A DNA stretch of 64,000 nucleotides, taken from NCBI GenBank assembly GCA_965235115.1, contig OZ249436.1, positions 52,144,001 through 52,208,000 of the forward strand, read 5' to 3'. Below are positions 63,376 through 64,000 of the stretch, in pieces. Source of the stretch: Laetmonice hystrix (Eukaryota). The notes under the pieces are model-generated. The model was given only the letters and a program-made list of their open reading frames with translations. It made no database searches and was not told the DNA's origin. A program made the position numbers and the translations under genes. Within the stretch, counting starts at the first letter, position 1. The number at the start of each line of letters is the position of its first letter.

Positions 63376-64000
63376 GAGAAATAGAGCATCCGACTGCTGG
63401 CCCCAGGTGTGACTGGGGAAATAGAACATCCGACTGCTGGCCCCAGGTGTGACTGGAGAAATAGAGCATCCGACTGCTGGCCCCAGGTGTGACTGGGGAA
63501 ATAGAACATCCGACTGCTGGCCCCAGGTGTGACTGGAGAAATAGAGCATCCGACTGCTGGCCCCAGGTGTGACTGGAGAAATAGAGCATCCGACTGCTGG
63601 CCCCAGGTGTGACTGGAGAAATAGAGCATCCGACTGCTGGCCCCAGGTGTGACTGGAGAAATAGAGCATCGGACTGCTGGCCCCAGGTGTGACTGGGGAA
63701 ATAGAACATCCGACTGCTGGCCCCAGGTGTGACTGGAGAAATAGAGCATCGGACTGCTGGCCCCAGGTGTGACTGGAGAAATAGAGCATCGGACTGCTGG
63801 CCCCAGGTGTGACTGGGGAAATAGAGCATCGGACTGCTGGCCCCAGGTGTGACTGGAGAAATAGAGCATCGGACTGCTGGCCCCAGGTGTGACTGGGGAA
63901 ATAGAACATCCGACTGCTGGCCCCAGGTGTGACTGGAGAAATAGAGCATCCGACTGCTGGCCCCAGGTGTGACTGGAGAAATAGAGCATCGGACTGCTGG
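63376..64000. repeat. 40-bp minisatellite, more than 15 copies, intronic in gene B, runs off window
   Basis: Unit GAGAAATAGAGCATCCGACTGCTGGCCCCAGGTGTGACTG; explains the three repetitive minus-strand ORFs. Confidence 0.95.

Noticed and set aside
62979..63989. 336/205/203-aa minus-strand ORFs
   Set aside because: Translation of the 40-bp minisatellite, antisense within a gene B intron.

Overview
Eukaryotic (metazoan, probably marine invertebrate) genomic DNA with GT-AG introns. Contents: (1) the last four exons of an EFCAB6-like EF-hand gene (+, to 1815). (2) A complete 39-exon non-classical cadherin on the minus strand (gene A, 32599..6718). My manual splice model gives about 1787 aa: signal peptide, 14 EC repeats, membrane-adjacent domain, TM, and a tail of about 40 aa. 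(3) A divergently oriented paralog on the plus strand (gene B, Cad87A-like, from 50624; 28 exons and 12 EC repeats visible, running off the window) with nearly identical exon architecture. (4) Just upstream of A's start codon, a three-level nested insertion: an L2/CR1-type LINE with intact EN+RT ORF, inside an AT-duplicating Harbinger/ISL2EU-like element, inside a Helitron/Helentron-like element. (5) Kolobok, hAT-like, foldback and Gypsy relics, plus four intronic minisatellites. Most notable: the head-to-head cadherin pair as a candidate co-regulated heterophilic link system, an 11-copy tandem array of a functional splice donor, and in-window evidence that the abundant TAGGCCTA motif arises as a TA->TAGGCCTA insertion (likely a transposon footprint). 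Exon boundaries were read by eye. Family names come from motif recognition, not database searches.
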